Shown piece after piece: positions 41,184-51,029 of a stretch of DNA of 64,000 nt. The notes beneath the pieces are model-generated. The model had not been told where the DNA came from. It made no database searches and worked only from the letters and a program-made list of their open reading frames with translations. The stretch is from a virus. Taxonomy: Duplodnaviria; Caudoviricetes. Position 1 is the first letter of the stretch, and the number at the start of each line of letters is the position of its first letter. The stretch lies in IMG/VR virus record IMGVR_UViG_3300032030_002018. The stretch is one strand, 5' to 3'. A program made the position numbers and the translations under genes.

Positions 41184-42714
41184 CCCTGTTTCTTATCTCA
41201 ACAAGTTTGTTGTACATCCTCCTGAACGATTCCTGAACATCAGATACTTGCTGATTATTATCCACATTATTCGACGACAACCTACGATGCTCATTTATAG
41301 AGTCAACCATCTTAGCAAATTTGTAAACCTCACCCTTTACAGCATTAAAGGTATCAGGATTACTTAAATTCGGATTATGTATGAACATATTAACCAAATG
41401 ATTCTTGTCAAGTTTCAACATCATCAACGTCGCAAAAACACAAGCATCAAGAGCTTTCTTTGAATTGCCACTCCTATCCCTGTCAATGAAGTCTTGATTC
41501 ATATAATACGACCTTACCATATCATATACATCAGCACCCTTCAAACTACCAAATATTTCAGGTTGCTGAACAGCCAATTCATTAAAAGCATTTGTAACAG
41601 ATTCAACATTCCTCTCATTCACCTCAATCTGATTGGCAAAATCACTCGCATCCTTACCAGAAACAACATCACTGTAAACCTCAGTGTACCCACTCAACAA
41701 TTCCTCAAGCCTCTTGTTCATCAAACTAGTGTCAATGTTACCAAGAACATAATCATTATCAAAGTCCATCTTACTATAACCAGCAGTCGTATCCGTATAA
41801 TCATAATAAGCCTTCATATAAAAATGCTTCTGACCAATAGTCATAAGACCAGCTTTCCAATGGGCTCTGCTAAGAGCAGCCCTATTAAGAGAACTGACCT
41901 CCTGACTGTTATAACCGGTGTTAGCCTCTGCCTGAGAAGCATTAAATGCACCACTTTCAGCAGGAATTGAAAGAAATATAGGTAAAGCATTACCATTTAC
42001 CTTTCTTCCATACATATAATTCCATTGGTCTTCCGTCAATAAATATAAAGGTGCGCCTGACCTACCAGCATTTCGCCATTGCATAATCGCTAACGCCATA
42101 TTGTTAACACTATAAGCACCGAATTTCAACGCTTCCATCATACGCTTGACATCATCAGGAACAGTATCCAATACCTTCATCATATCATCAAGTGCCTTAT
42201 GAGCCTCTTCACCAAACTCAGCCAAAATAGACTTCATATCCCTGAAAAAACCCGCAATGTTCTGATAAGCAATCTGATTCCTTTCAAGACGAGGAAATTG
42301 ATTATCCCTTAAAAAATTGTAACTATCTTCGTCTAACTTATAATCATACTGATGCTCTCCACGAGATATCATACTGAAATAAGAATTGAGGAAAGACGGC
42401 AATTTACTGAAAAAACAATTCTCACCAACTAATAATTTGGAGAACTGAGGTAAAGCAGTGTCAGATTCATTAAACGTCACCATTATTTGTACGTCACCAA
42501 GTTTACCCTTACTAATACATTCAGGATAAGGTCTTAAACTTGAACCATTCTGCATAACACCTAATATATTATTAGCAATCAAATCATCAACGCCACGAGG
42601 CTTGACAATGTTATTCTCCTCATCAAGCCCACCAATCTTTATATGTAAAAAACCATTAGAACCATTGCTACCCTCCTTGAAAGTAACAAAAACAATTCCC
42701 TTAAATACAGCCAT
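41161..42714 (-). CDS. Protein with ArdC-like N-terminal ssDNA-binding domain
   Basis: YSVNNMAL..Q...TEDQW...GRKV....PIFL.IP; start MAVFK at 42714 downstream of TATTTAT. Confidence 0.55.
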   Translation of the reverse strand: MAVFKGIVFVTFKEGSNGSNGFLHIKIGGLDEENNIVKPRGVDDLIANNILGVMQNGSSLRPYPECISKGKLGDVQIMVTFNESDTALPQFSKLLVGENCFFSKLPSFLNSYFSMISRGEHQYDYKLDEDSYNFLRDNQFPRLERNQIAYQNIAGFFRDMKSILAEFGEEAHKALDDMMKVLDTVPDDVKRMMEALKFGAYSVNNMALAIMQWRNAGRSGAPLYLLTEDQWNYMYGRKVNGNALPIFLSIPAESGAFNASQAEANTGYNSQEVSSLNRAALSRAHWKAGLMTIGQKHFYMKAYYDYTDTTAGYSKMDFDNDYVLGNIDTSLMNKRLEELLSGYTEVYSDVVSGKDASDFANQIEVNERNVESVTNAFNELAVQQPEIFGSLKGADVYDMVRSYYMNQDFIDRDRSGNSKKALDACVFATLMMLKLDKNHLVNMFIHNPNLSNPDTFNAVKGEVYKFAKMVDSINEHRRLSSNNVDNNQQVSDVQESFRRMYNKLVEIRNRDAYGFIL

Positions 42715-42805
42715 AATTGCAATTAAAAACTTTTTTATATAAATATCTAATATCCTTAAAAATTGTACTTTTTCAAACATATACTCAATTTTTATCCACA
42801 AAAAT

Positions 42806-42836
42806 TTTGTTTTTATAAATAAAACATATATCTTTG
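42806..42836 (+). promoter_or_regulatory. Bacteroidota-type sigma-A promoter
   Basis: TTTG(42806)-N19-TATCTTTG(42829). Confidence 0.8.
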
Positions 42837-42870
42837 CACTGTTAATTCACTTTTAAAATAATATTAGAAT

Positions 42871-43350
42871 ATGTTTGAGAGACTTTTATTAAATGAACTG
42901 AACAGAATCAACGAAATGCTTGATGAACTTGAAACAATTACAAACATCAACAACGGCATTGAACTGTTCAAAGACGATTTTGACGATTCAAGAGTATTCG
43001 TCTTCGGATTACTCGGAGGAAAAGACTGCAAAACACCACAAAAGGAAGCACCAAAAGCAACACCGCTCAAAAGATGGGAAGTATGCGAGTGCGAACCAAA
43101 GGAAGACCCTAATAAGGTGTTCGGTGTTAACATCAGAGTTGATGAACCAAGACGTGAAGACTATGCATCACGTGTTGAATTCGAAAGAGACCACGAAAAG
43201 TTCGATAATCTTATTGACGCAGCAGCAGAATGCACCTGGGAAAATAAGGACAATGACGCTCCACTACACAAAGTGAACGCCATCAGAAGAAGAATCGAAG
43301 ACGGTCCTCCTATGAATGTCAACCTTGTTGGAGAAACTCATTGGTGGTAA
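42871..43350 (+). CDS. Hypothetical early protein
   Basis: 159-aa ORF behind a host-type promoter. Confidence 0.7.
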   Translation: MFERLLLNELNRINEMLDELETITNINNGIELFKDDFDDSRVFVFGLLGGKDCKTPQKEAPKATPLKRWEVCECEPKEDPNKVFGVNIRVDEPRREDYASRVEFERDHEKFDNLIDAAAECTWENKDNDAPLHKVNAIRRRIEDGPPMNVNLVGETHWW

Positions 43351-43465
43351 ACAAAGGAAATACATCTATCCCGAATACAATTAATAAATTATATATAATT
43401 TATTATCTCTATCTATCTGTTGTGTTCGGGATATTTGTTATTTTAACATTTTTTAAAAGTGAAAA

Positions 43466-43497
43466 TTTGGTATTACAAAATAAATAGTGTACATTTG
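43466..43497 (+). promoter_or_regulatory. Bacteroidota-type sigma-A promoter
   Basis: TTTG(43466)-N20-TACATTTG(43490). Confidence 0.8.
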
Positions 43498-43547
43498 CAT
43501 CGAAAATAAATCACAAAAACAATTTATACAAACTTAATTCAAAAAAA

Positions 43548-44543
43548 ATGGTAAAGAACAGAACAGAACTTCTTGAAATGGCAAACCATTTCGTTAAAGC
43601 AGCAAAGGATGACATCAAGTCAAAAATCAATGAAATCATTGACGAATTTGAAACAAACGAGGATGAAATCGCATACGCCCTCGGTGTCGAAAAATCTGAA
43701 ATCGACAAGGTGATGAGAGGTGACGGAGATATCCTCATAAGCACACTAGCAAAAGTGCTTATCTCAACAGACCACGTTGTTGAAATTAAACCACTTTCAG
43801 CAGTTCCAGAGGAAATTCGAAAGGAACTCGGACTTGGAGAACCAATTCCAACAGAAGAAAGAATCGACGCATTCTCACCAATCGAATTAGAAGGGTCAGA
43901 CGAATTCATTGACGAATTTGAAGAGGAAGACTTCAACGACGATGAGGAAACAGAAGATAACCCATTCGTTGGCGAACCAGTTGGAGAAGGTGTAAGAAAG
44001 GTTGCATTCTCATTTGGCGAAATGTTTATTAACTCAGATGGAAAGCCTTGTGACAAATATGGAAACGTACTTCCTCCACCACCAGGCATTGGTACACTTG
44101 ACCATCCAACAAGTGTAACAGAAGCACCTGTGTTTGAAACCCATACAACAACAGAGGGAGTTACACCAAGGGAAACAAGACGTCCAACTCCAACACGTGA
44201 CTCTCACGGTAGGTTTGTAAGCACAGGAGAGAGACAACTTCCACCAGAGGAATACTATGCAAGACTTGCAACAGAACGCCTCAAGAGAATTATTACACGC
44301 AACCATTGGACAGATGAAATTGACGTTGATAATGCAACAAGAAGAGAACTTATCAACTTCATCTCCGCCAAGGAACGCAGAATGAGCGAAAGCGAAACAG
44401 AATGCGAACATCGTCCAGAAACGCCACGGTGCGAAGCAACACATCATCATTGCGACAAAATTGATGAAATGCTTGAAAACCTCAAAAATGATGAAAATCT
44501 TAAAAAGGCTTTTAAAGGACTACTTTCTGCGCTTCTCGATTAA
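43548..44543 (+). CDS. Early protein with XRE-like HTH
   Basis: EDEIAYALGVEKSEIDKVMRG....ISTLAKV; acidic/Pro-rich linker. Confidence 0.65.
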   Translation: MVKNRTELLEMANHFVKAAKDDIKSKINEIIDEFETNEDEIAYALGVEKSEIDKVMRGDGDILISTLAKVLISTDHVVEIKPLSAVPEEIRKELGLGEPIPTEERIDAFSPIELEGSDEFIDEFEEEDFNDDEETEDNPFVGEPVGEGVRKVAFSFGEMFINSDGKPCDKYGNVLPPPPGIGTLDHPTSVTEAPVFETHTTTEGVTPRETRRPTPTRDSHGRFVSTGERQLPPEEYYARLATERLKRIITRNHWTDEIDVDNATRRELINFISAKERRMSESETECEHRPETPRCEATHHHCDKIDEMLENLKNDENLKKAFKGLLSALLD

Positions 44544-44589
44544 CAAGACTGCATAAGACAAAGTGTCAACCATAATAACTTATGTATGC

Positions 44590-44628
44590 ATCCACTGACA
44601 AAATTATCATTGTCAGTGGATTTTTTTT
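44590..44628 (+). terminator. Intrinsic terminator
   Basis: atccactgacaa-N8-ttgtcagtggat followed by a T tract. Confidence 0.8.
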
Positions 44629-44679
44629 GTACATTATTGATATTTATTATCAAAATAATTTAATATAATAGAACATAAT

Positions 44680-45103
44680 ATGAAAAAAAAAACTCATTAA
44701 ACTTACAGAATCCGACTTGAATAGAATCGTGAACAGGTCGGTGAAAAGAATACTTAGAGAAGATTTGGGGTCAGAATGGGAAAGTGGTTTTCCTCAATTT
44801 TGGGAATTATCAATACCAAACAAAAATATGAATTTAAGATACAAATTAACGCCACAAGATATGGAACTTATAAGCCAACATAGATTTGGTTTATGTAATT
44901 TATGGGAAATCATATGGGAAAACGTTCCAATTAATAAAAGAACAGGAAAGCCTTCAAAATCATTGAATTGGGATGTATATTACAAATATAAAGATAATCC
45001 AGCAAAAATATTCGAATGGTTGGCAAGACAAGGATATGATATATGGACAGAATGCGAAGAAATGGATTGGGAAGGCGTTTACGAAGATGATTATTTCAAA
45101 TAA
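44680..45103 (+). pseudogene. Tag-family gene frameshifted in an A10 tract
   Basis: ATG-A10-CTCATTAA stops at once; with A9 it reads MKKKLIKLTESDLNRIVNRSVKRILRE into ORF 44717..45103. Confidence 0.75.
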
Positions 45104-45123
45104 TAATAAATAAAACAATAAAT

Positions 45124-45723
45124 ATGAATAAGACAATTAATCGTATATTTGATACTTTATCAAAAGCAGATATATCACCCACTTCAAATTATAGCGTACC
45201 AGAATATTGGATGCGTCGTGCAATGAAAGGTGATGAAAAATGTAAAAGGAATCTCTTTAATTGGATTTCAAATATGTTTGGAGTTGATGAACACACATTA
45301 AATTCAATTTTCAATGAGAAATATGGTATTAACGAGAATAGAAAAAAGAAACTCATTAAACTTACAGAATCCGACTTGCAAAGAATCGTGAACAGGTCTG
45401 TTAAGCAAGCACTGAAAGAAGCAAAAGTTGAAGACTGGGATGATGACGACTTCATTACTTGGGATGACTATGCTTATTATTGCAATCATAGTGCTGATTG
45501 GGTAGATAAAAATAGCGAAAAAAGTGACAGATTAGGAATTCCAGATGACGAAAGATGTTACTTTTGTCAAAAACCAGTAAAAAAATATAAAACACTTTAT
45601 GCAAAACCTGGGGAATATCCATATTATGGAAAGCCTGGTCAAGGGCGTACAGATACATTTAAAGTTGGACCAACTTGTGCAAAGGCTGTTGAAAAAGCAC
45701 ATAATGATAAATACGGAAAATAA
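45124..45723 (+). CDS. Two-cargo protein with internal tag
   Basis: INENRKKKLIKLTESDLQRIVNRSVKQALKE in mid-protein; C-terminal CxxC...GPTC zinc-ribbon-like cargo. Confidence 0.8.
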   Translation: MNKTINRIFDTLSKADISPTSNYSVPEYWMRRAMKGDEKCKRNLFNWISNMFGVDEHTLNSIFNEKYGINENRKKKLIKLTESDLQRIVNRSVKQALKEAKVEDWDDDDFITWDDYAYYCNHSADWVDKNSEKSDRLGIPDDERCYFCQKPVKKYKTLYAKPGEYPYYGKPGQGRTDTFKVGPTCAKAVEKAHNDKYGK

Positions 45724-46127
45724 TGAAAAGAAGAATTAGATTAACAGAATCAGACCTTCACAGAATTATTAACAGGTCAGTTAAAAGAGTACTGAAAGAA
45801 TCACAAAGACAGCAGGAGATTTTTACAATATCGGCACTTGACATTGAAAACGAAGAAGATGTAAGTGATATGCAATATTGTGGAAAATCTTATTATGATA
45901 TTGATGAAGCCATTGAAGCAGCAACAGAATTCGCTAAAACACTTTCTGATTATGATAGTGTGATTATTGTTACAGTCTATGGTGGAGAGTATGAAACACA
46001 AAGCGGAGATGTATATGGAGAACCGTTTGATATATACACAATATCTAATAGCGACCAAGAAACAACAGAAATCGCAAGAGAAGAAGCAGGATATTATAGG
46101 TTGGATGTTGATGACTATGCTGTATAA
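45723..46127 (+). CDS. Tag-family protein
   Basis: MKRRIRLTESDLHRIINRSVKRVLKE plus acidic cargo. Confidence 0.85.
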   Translation: MKRRIRLTESDLHRIINRSVKRVLKESQRQQEIFTISALDIENEEDVSDMQYCGKSYYDIDEAIEAATEFAKTLSDYDSVIIVTVYGGEYETQSGDVYGEPFDIYTISNSDQETTEIAREEAGYYRLDVDDYAV

Positions 46128-46157
46128 TAATACAAAAAATTTTGAAACTAATAATTT

Positions 46158-46544
46158 ATGAAAAGAAGAATTAGATTAACAGAATCTGACCTGCATAGAA
46201 TTATTAACAGGTCTGTGAAAAGAATATTGAATGAAGTCAAACTTGATAATCCTCATAATAACTTAGGTTATGTTGATGATATGGTTTCAAATCACAAAGA
46301 CATATATTCAAAGGGTGCAAGAATTGAAGAATGTTTGGCAGAACTAATGGTTGATAACGGATTGACAATTGAAGATGTTGAACAATATGATAACCTTATG
46401 TCCATTATAGACCGCAATAGATTAAATGACGCAATAGAAGAATATAAATCATTTCTTCAAAAACAAGAGGCTTACGATAAAAAACAAGAATATGAAGCCT
46501 GGGCAGAAGACCAAATGTCAGATATGGGTTTAGATTATGAGTAA
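46158..46544 (+). CDS. Tag-family protein
   Basis: MKRRIRLTESDLHRIINRSVKRILNE plus acidic cargo. Confidence 0.85.
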   Translation: MKRRIRLTESDLHRIINRSVKRILNEVKLDNPHNNLGYVDDMVSNHKDIYSKGARIEECLAELMVDNGLTIEDVEQYDNLMSIIDRNRLNDAIEEYKSFLQKQEAYDKKQEYEAWAEDQMSDMGLDYE

Positions 46545-46548
46545 ATAA

Positions 46549-46580
46549 AAAAAGGAAGACTTTTAGTTGTCTTCCTTTTT
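46549..46580. terminator. Bidirectional terminator
   Basis: aaaaggaagac-N9-gtcttcctttt. Confidence 0.75.
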
Positions 46581-47768
46581 CCATATATATTTGAACAAAC
46601 CACAATCCCAAATTCTACCATAACCAATTGCATTTGCCATCTCTAATTCTGTCATTGTCATTGGTAATCCATATTTTTTACTTAATTTATCTTTCTTAAA
46701 TCTCTCCCTTCTAATACGCTCATAAGAATTCATATTGGCATAATAATATCCTGGTGGTGTTGAATATTCCAATTTAAATCCCAACTTTGTATATACATTA
46801 TTATCACTTGAAAGCGTCCATCTCTTGTCAGCAAACGAACGTATTTCAAATGGGTCATATTTCCTAACAAAATACTTGAATAACTTACCACCAATTCCCT
46901 GACATATACATCCATTCAAAGACGCAAATCTTGTTAAATTCCATTTGTTTTCACCCTCATTCAAAAACGACATTACACCAACAATCTCACCATTGTATAA
47001 TGCGCCAAGATGAATTGTAGAGCCAACAAATCCCTGAATGTGATTCTTATCCAAAAACATTTCAGCCTCATCTTTGCTAATCTCAATAATATCACACTTC
47101 CTACCAGGTATCTTCCTTATCATATCATCCTTACCGAAAATATGCTTAATCTTCGATAATACAACTTCAGGTCTATCCCTATATTCATCCTCCAATATCT
47201 GAATATAACGATAACCATTTGAATTGCACGTGAATAACCTATTCTTCAATAAACTCCTGTAATTAAAATGATGTAAATCAACAAGATTCTTGTTCTTATA
47301 TATGTCAATGGCAATATCACCAGCAACTAATCCAACAGTGCAATTGTTGTTTATCTTACGATTTAACTCATATTCAATACCATTCTCATCCAATAAAGAA
47401 ATAATCTTATTCAAAAACGAAATACGTGATACATTTACCTTCTTGATATGACCATTCCATCTATTAGTCTCAACACCATTGGAACTTAATATCTCACTAA
47501 CCTTGTCATACTTTAAATCATATTTCTCACATATTTCACTTATCTTCATATGCTTTGAAACATAATCCTTTATAATGGAAGAAACGGTCTTATTAGATAA
47601 ATCAATCTTATTACCAATACCCTTAACCTTTACACCACAAGACTTTAATAAATCAGTAATACCATTATTAGACTTGTGAAACATCTTGGCAAGAACCTTA
47701 ATACTACCATACTCATTATAAGCAGACTTTAATGCCTCCAAATCAATTTGCTTCGCAATCCTTCCCAT
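46563..47768 (-). CDS. Hef-like homing-endonuclease-associated protein (HTH repeats, degenerate nuclease-like domain, GNAT-like C-terminus)
   Basis: FLDKNHIQG...LTRFAS...GGKLFKYF...SFADKRW...YTKLGF...IWDCG. Confidence 0.6.
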   Translation of the reverse strand: MGRIAKQIDLEALKSAYNEYGSIKVLAKMFHKSNNGITDLLKSCGVKVKGIGNKIDLSNKTVSSIIKDYVSKHMKISEICEKYDLKYDKVSEILSSNGVETNRWNGHIKKVNVSRISFLNKIISLLDENGIEYELNRKINNNCTVGLVAGDIAIDIYKNKNLVDLHHFNYRSLLKNRLFTCNSNGYRYIQILEDEYRDRPEVVLSKIKHIFGKDDMIRKIPGRKCDIIEISKDEAEMFLDKNHIQGFVGSTIHLGALYNGEIVGVMSFLNEGENKWNLTRFASLNGCICQGIGGKLFKYFVRKYDPFEIRSFADKRWTLSSDNNVYTKLGFKLEYSTPPGYYYANMNSYERIRRERFKKDKLSKKYGLPMTMTELEMANAIGYGRIWDCGLFKYIWKKEDN

Positions 47769-48750
47769 ATACTAATAAACTTGTCCAATTATTTCTTTTT
47801 GCAGAATTATAAGCACCACCAAATTTCTTAATCATATCCCTTGCACCTTTGGATTTTCTTGCAGCATCTAACACGTTTTCCAACTTATCCCAATAACCAG
47901 CATCCTTATTCTTGTTTTCGAAAAATTCATCAATCCAACCATTCTTTACAGAAGAACTATAAGCTGGTTGATTACCAACTTTCATAGCATACTTTCCATC
48001 ATATTTCAATGCCTCTTCCTTGCATTTTTCATATGTCCATTTCAATGTTGCACCAAGAGAACCTTTACCAACGCCTGTTCTTGCCTTGTTTAAAGTAACC
48101 CATCCATCTGAAATGTATCTGTTTTTCCAATAATCTTCAAGTTCCTGACTCTTACTTGCAATCACATTCTCTTCTAATATCTTTGGAGAAGGAATCTCAA
48201 TATCATTCTCATTTGCAAATTTCCATACAATATCATATTCTCGTTCACCATCTGAATGACCATAACCTTTCCTATGCTGTCTGTCTCTTCTCTTTATATT
48301 ATTGGTTCTACCAACATAAAACGCCTTTAAATCAACAAATTCATAAACATATACAACATTAATAGGGTCATCATAACGCATATAATGAATTGAATCATCA
48401 TAAAACATTGAAGCAACCTCATCTAACCAATTGTGCTTTCTCAAACTAGTATAGCAAGGACTATTATGTTTCTCTAAATCAAATTTGTTATGATATTTAC
48501 GTGCTTCCTCAATGCAATGTTCTTTATCATTCCAATACCCAACAGGTTTATAAACTATACCATTTCTAACACACACAGGGCATCCTTGTTTCTTATTAAC
48601 CAACCTATAAAAATCCTTATGGAATTCTCCGTGTTCAGGACAAAACAGTGTGATATCAGATTTTGCATTCTTATATTCCCATCCTTCTTCTAATTTGTAC
48701 TTGTTACCGTGGACTTCTCTAATCTTTTCTAACGCTTCTTTAGTTTCCAT
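47743..48750 (-). CDS. GIY-YIG (Seg-like) homing endonuclease
   Basis: CPEHGEF...GCPVC zinc ribbon; VYVY...FYVGRT...RDRQH; WTYEKC.EEA.KY repeats; located next to the capsid gene like T4 segD. Confidence 0.75.
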   Translation of the reverse strand: METKEALEKIREVHGNKYKLEEGWEYKNAKSDITLFCPEHGEFHKDFYRLVNKKQGCPVCVRNGIVYKPVGYWNDKEHCIEEARKYHNKFDLEKHNSPCYTSLRKHNWLDEVASMFYDDSIHYMRYDDPINVVYVYEFVDLKAFYVGRTNNIKRRDRQHRKGYGHSDGEREYDIVWKFANENDIEIPSPKILEENVIASKSQELEDYWKNRYISDGWVTLNKARTGVGKGSLGATLKWTYEKCKEEALKYDGKYAMKVGNQPAYSSSVKNGWIDEFFENKNKDAGYWDKLENVLDAARKSKGARDMIKKFGGAYNSAKRNNWTSLLVYGKDCEAN

Positions 48751-48771
48751 ATATCAAATAATTTTATACTC

Positions 48772-48803
48772 CAAATATATATAAAAAAAGTTAAAAAAAC
48801 AAA
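48772..48803 (-). promoter_or_regulatory. Bacteroidota-type sigma-A promoter for the endonuclease pair
   Basis: Minus strand TTTG-N20-TATATTTG. Confidence 0.7.
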
Positions 48804-48922
48804 TTTATAACAATATATTTTAATAACTTTTTCCTAATAATAAATATAATAAGGCATTAAAAAAGATAACTTTTTCCTAACTATTTTTCATTTCTGAATG
48901 AATATTTGCATTATAAAACGGA

Positions 48923-48954
48923 AAAAGTTACCGAATTTTCACTCGGTAACCTTT
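48923..48954 (-). terminator. Terminator of the capsid gene
   Basis: gttaccga...tcggtaac stem with an adjacent A tract on the + strand. Confidence 0.7.
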
Positions 48955-48980
48955 CTAAATTATTGATTTTCAACAAGTTA

Positions 48981-50987
48981 TTAACGCAACTCACTGATTG
49001 ACCAATGAACAAGTCCGTCCACCCTCACGTGGCCGTAAAAGCGATTGTTGACTACCTTCTTCGCATATCTCGTCATTATACCTTTGACGGGAGCAAAGTT
49101 AAATGGATTATACATAGTAGGTGTTAACTGCATTGGCACGTATGGTGCGTAAATATAACCTGTGTCGAGGAGTGACTTACCCTTGTGACCGATGATAATT
49201 GACCAGTGTGGTGAATATGGGTCACGATAAACTTGGTAGCGTCCTGCGAGTGCGCCAATCTTTTCAATACCCATATTGTACTGGTCGCTTTCTGCGCTTG
49301 CGTCAGAAACGTGGAAGTACTCAAGGTTATCGAAGAGTGCGGATATTTCAGAAGATACTACAATGAAGTTTGCGCCACCACGGAGAGTTGCCTTATGTAT
49401 CTGTGCTGAAATCTGGTTAATCTTTGTGAAGAGTTCCTGGTTCCAGTCCTTCTGAGTGTAGTTAGTAGAGAATGCTGCCATTCTTCTCCAACCGTTGACA
49501 TCCCATCTTGCCTGCCAAGGAGCGGCTTTACGGAGGTCACGAAGAATCTCACGGTCAATTTCTGCTGCGATTTGTTCAGAAAGAATTGCTGTAAGTTCTG
49601 CCTCTGCGTCAATGTTATGGAATGCGCTAACGTCCTGTGCAAGTTCAGGAGACCAAGTTGCACGAAGTTTTCTTTCAGTAACTGATACTGTTACAGAATC
49701 GAGTTTGAAAGAAACCTCACCGATTTCGGTTTCAAGTTCAAGTGAATCGTACTGTGCCCAAGCAATCTTGAAGATTTCTGCTGTTGCATCTACATCAGTT
49801 GGGAATTCTCCAAGTGAATCTGCTGATACACCAACATAACCGTCAATTGTTCCACCTTGCTGCTTAACTGGTTTTGCGAGGTCAAGTTCAAGATAGATAT
49901 TTCCTTCTGCGTCACAAGCGCTGGAGTATTCTACAATACCCTTACCGTACTTTTGAGTAGCAACACGGAAAGGAACAGATTCAAACTGCTTGAAAGAAGA
50001 TGTGGTAACGCCAGATGCGCCTTCAACTTCACCAGCTGCAAGTTCCTTCATTGTGATAACTTTCAAAGAAGCCAAGAAAGCTTCTGTATCCATTTCGTTT
50101 CCGTCAGGACCTGTAAGTTTAGAAGCGTTGAAAGAAGAGAAGCCACCTACTTTAAGGATGACGTTACGAACAGTTCCGTCAAATCCGTTAAGTTGCCAGG
50201 TTACACCACTTGGAGGGGTATCCATACCTCTTGGAGTAAGGAATACAGGTGTTGCTTCACCAACCTTGATAGTAACTTTACCCTTAGAATTGTCATAAAG
50301 GAAGTCGTTATAGAAGAGGTCGTAAAGTGACTTTTGGAAGTACTTTGTTACCTCAGGACCAGCCTGACGATAGTTAGATGCAGGGATTGTTGGGTCAGCC
50401 TTAACTGCCTGTTGAAGTGCGTAACCGCTTTCGTATTCGTCTTCACCTGCTTCGATAGCTGGATTGATTTTTACAAACTTCTTTTCAAGTTCGTTAATTG
50501 TCTCGTCTGGGAGATAGTAGCGTGGTTCAACTTGTCCACCCTTATTGTTATTAACTCTATCGTAACCCATAAGACCTGTATGACGTCCTGTAGTTCCGTC
50601 TACGATATCACCAGGAGTGTACTCTTGGTCTGTTGGAAGTTCCCACTCTCTTTCTGATGTAACAGGAAGGATGAAGAACAACTTACCCACTGGCAAGTTC
50701 ATTGCCTGAACAGAAACGATATCGTTAGCAAGCAATTTGCTGAACACACGGCGAATGATAGGGAACACAACTGTTTCAAAAGAACCGCTGTTATCGGCTG
50801 CTGTTGCTTCTGAAATAAGGTGTTTTGCCTCGTTTTCGTAGAGTGTAGCGATATTTTCCTTAATAGTACCTTCAAGACCTTCGGTAAATCCGAGAGAGTC
50901 CCAACGTTTTTGGATGCTTTCACGAATCCTTCTCTGTTCGTTCAGTTCGATATTACCAACCTGTCCGCTTGATAAAAATTCTCTCAT
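48981..50987 (-). CDS. Major capsid protein (T4 gp23-like)
   Basis: IVSVQAMNLPVG.LF, RKLRATWSPELAQD..AFHNIDAEAELTAILSEQIAAEIDREI, YAPYVP, KGIMTRY; LISE/A maturation-like site. Confidence 0.96.
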   Translation of the reverse strand: MREFLSSGQVGNIELNEQRRIRESIQKRWDSLGFTEGLEGTIKENIATLYENEAKHLISEATAADNSGSFETVVFPIIRRVFSKLLANDIVSVQAMNLPVGKLFFILPVTSEREWELPTDQEYTPGDIVDGTTGRHTGLMGYDRVNNNKGGQVEPRYYLPDETINELEKKFVKINPAIEAGEDEYESGYALQQAVKADPTIPASNYRQAGPEVTKYFQKSLYDLFYNDFLYDNSKGKVTIKVGEATPVFLTPRGMDTPPSGVTWQLNGFDGTVRNVILKVGGFSSFNASKLTGPDGNEMDTEAFLASLKVITMKELAAGEVEGASGVTTSSFKQFESVPFRVATQKYGKGIVEYSSACDAEGNIYLELDLAKPVKQQGGTIDGYVGVSADSLGEFPTDVDATAEIFKIAWAQYDSLELETEIGEVSFKLDSVTVSVTERKLRATWSPELAQDVSAFHNIDAEAELTAILSEQIAAEIDREILRDLRKAAPWQARWDVNGWRRMAAFSTNYTQKDWNQELFTKINQISAQIHKATLRGGANFIVVSSEISALFDNLEYFHVSDASAESDQYNMGIEKIGALAGRYQVYRDPYSPHWSIIIGHKGKSLLDTGYIYAPYVPMQLTPTMYNPFNFAPVKGIMTRYAKKVVNNRFYGHVRVDGLVHWSISELR

Positions 50988-51029
50988 ATTATTAATAAAT
51001 GTTATAATTAATTATTTTCATTTGTTTTA

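Noticed and set aside
34006-46230. Tag repeats as a CRISPR array
   Set aside because: The repeats are coding, vary synonymously and are separated by long ORFs; no cas genes are present.
46563-48750. Endonuclease pair as a restriction-modification or defence system
   Set aside because: Domain content and position beside the capsid gene fit ordinary free-standing homing endonucleases; no methyltransferase motifs are present.
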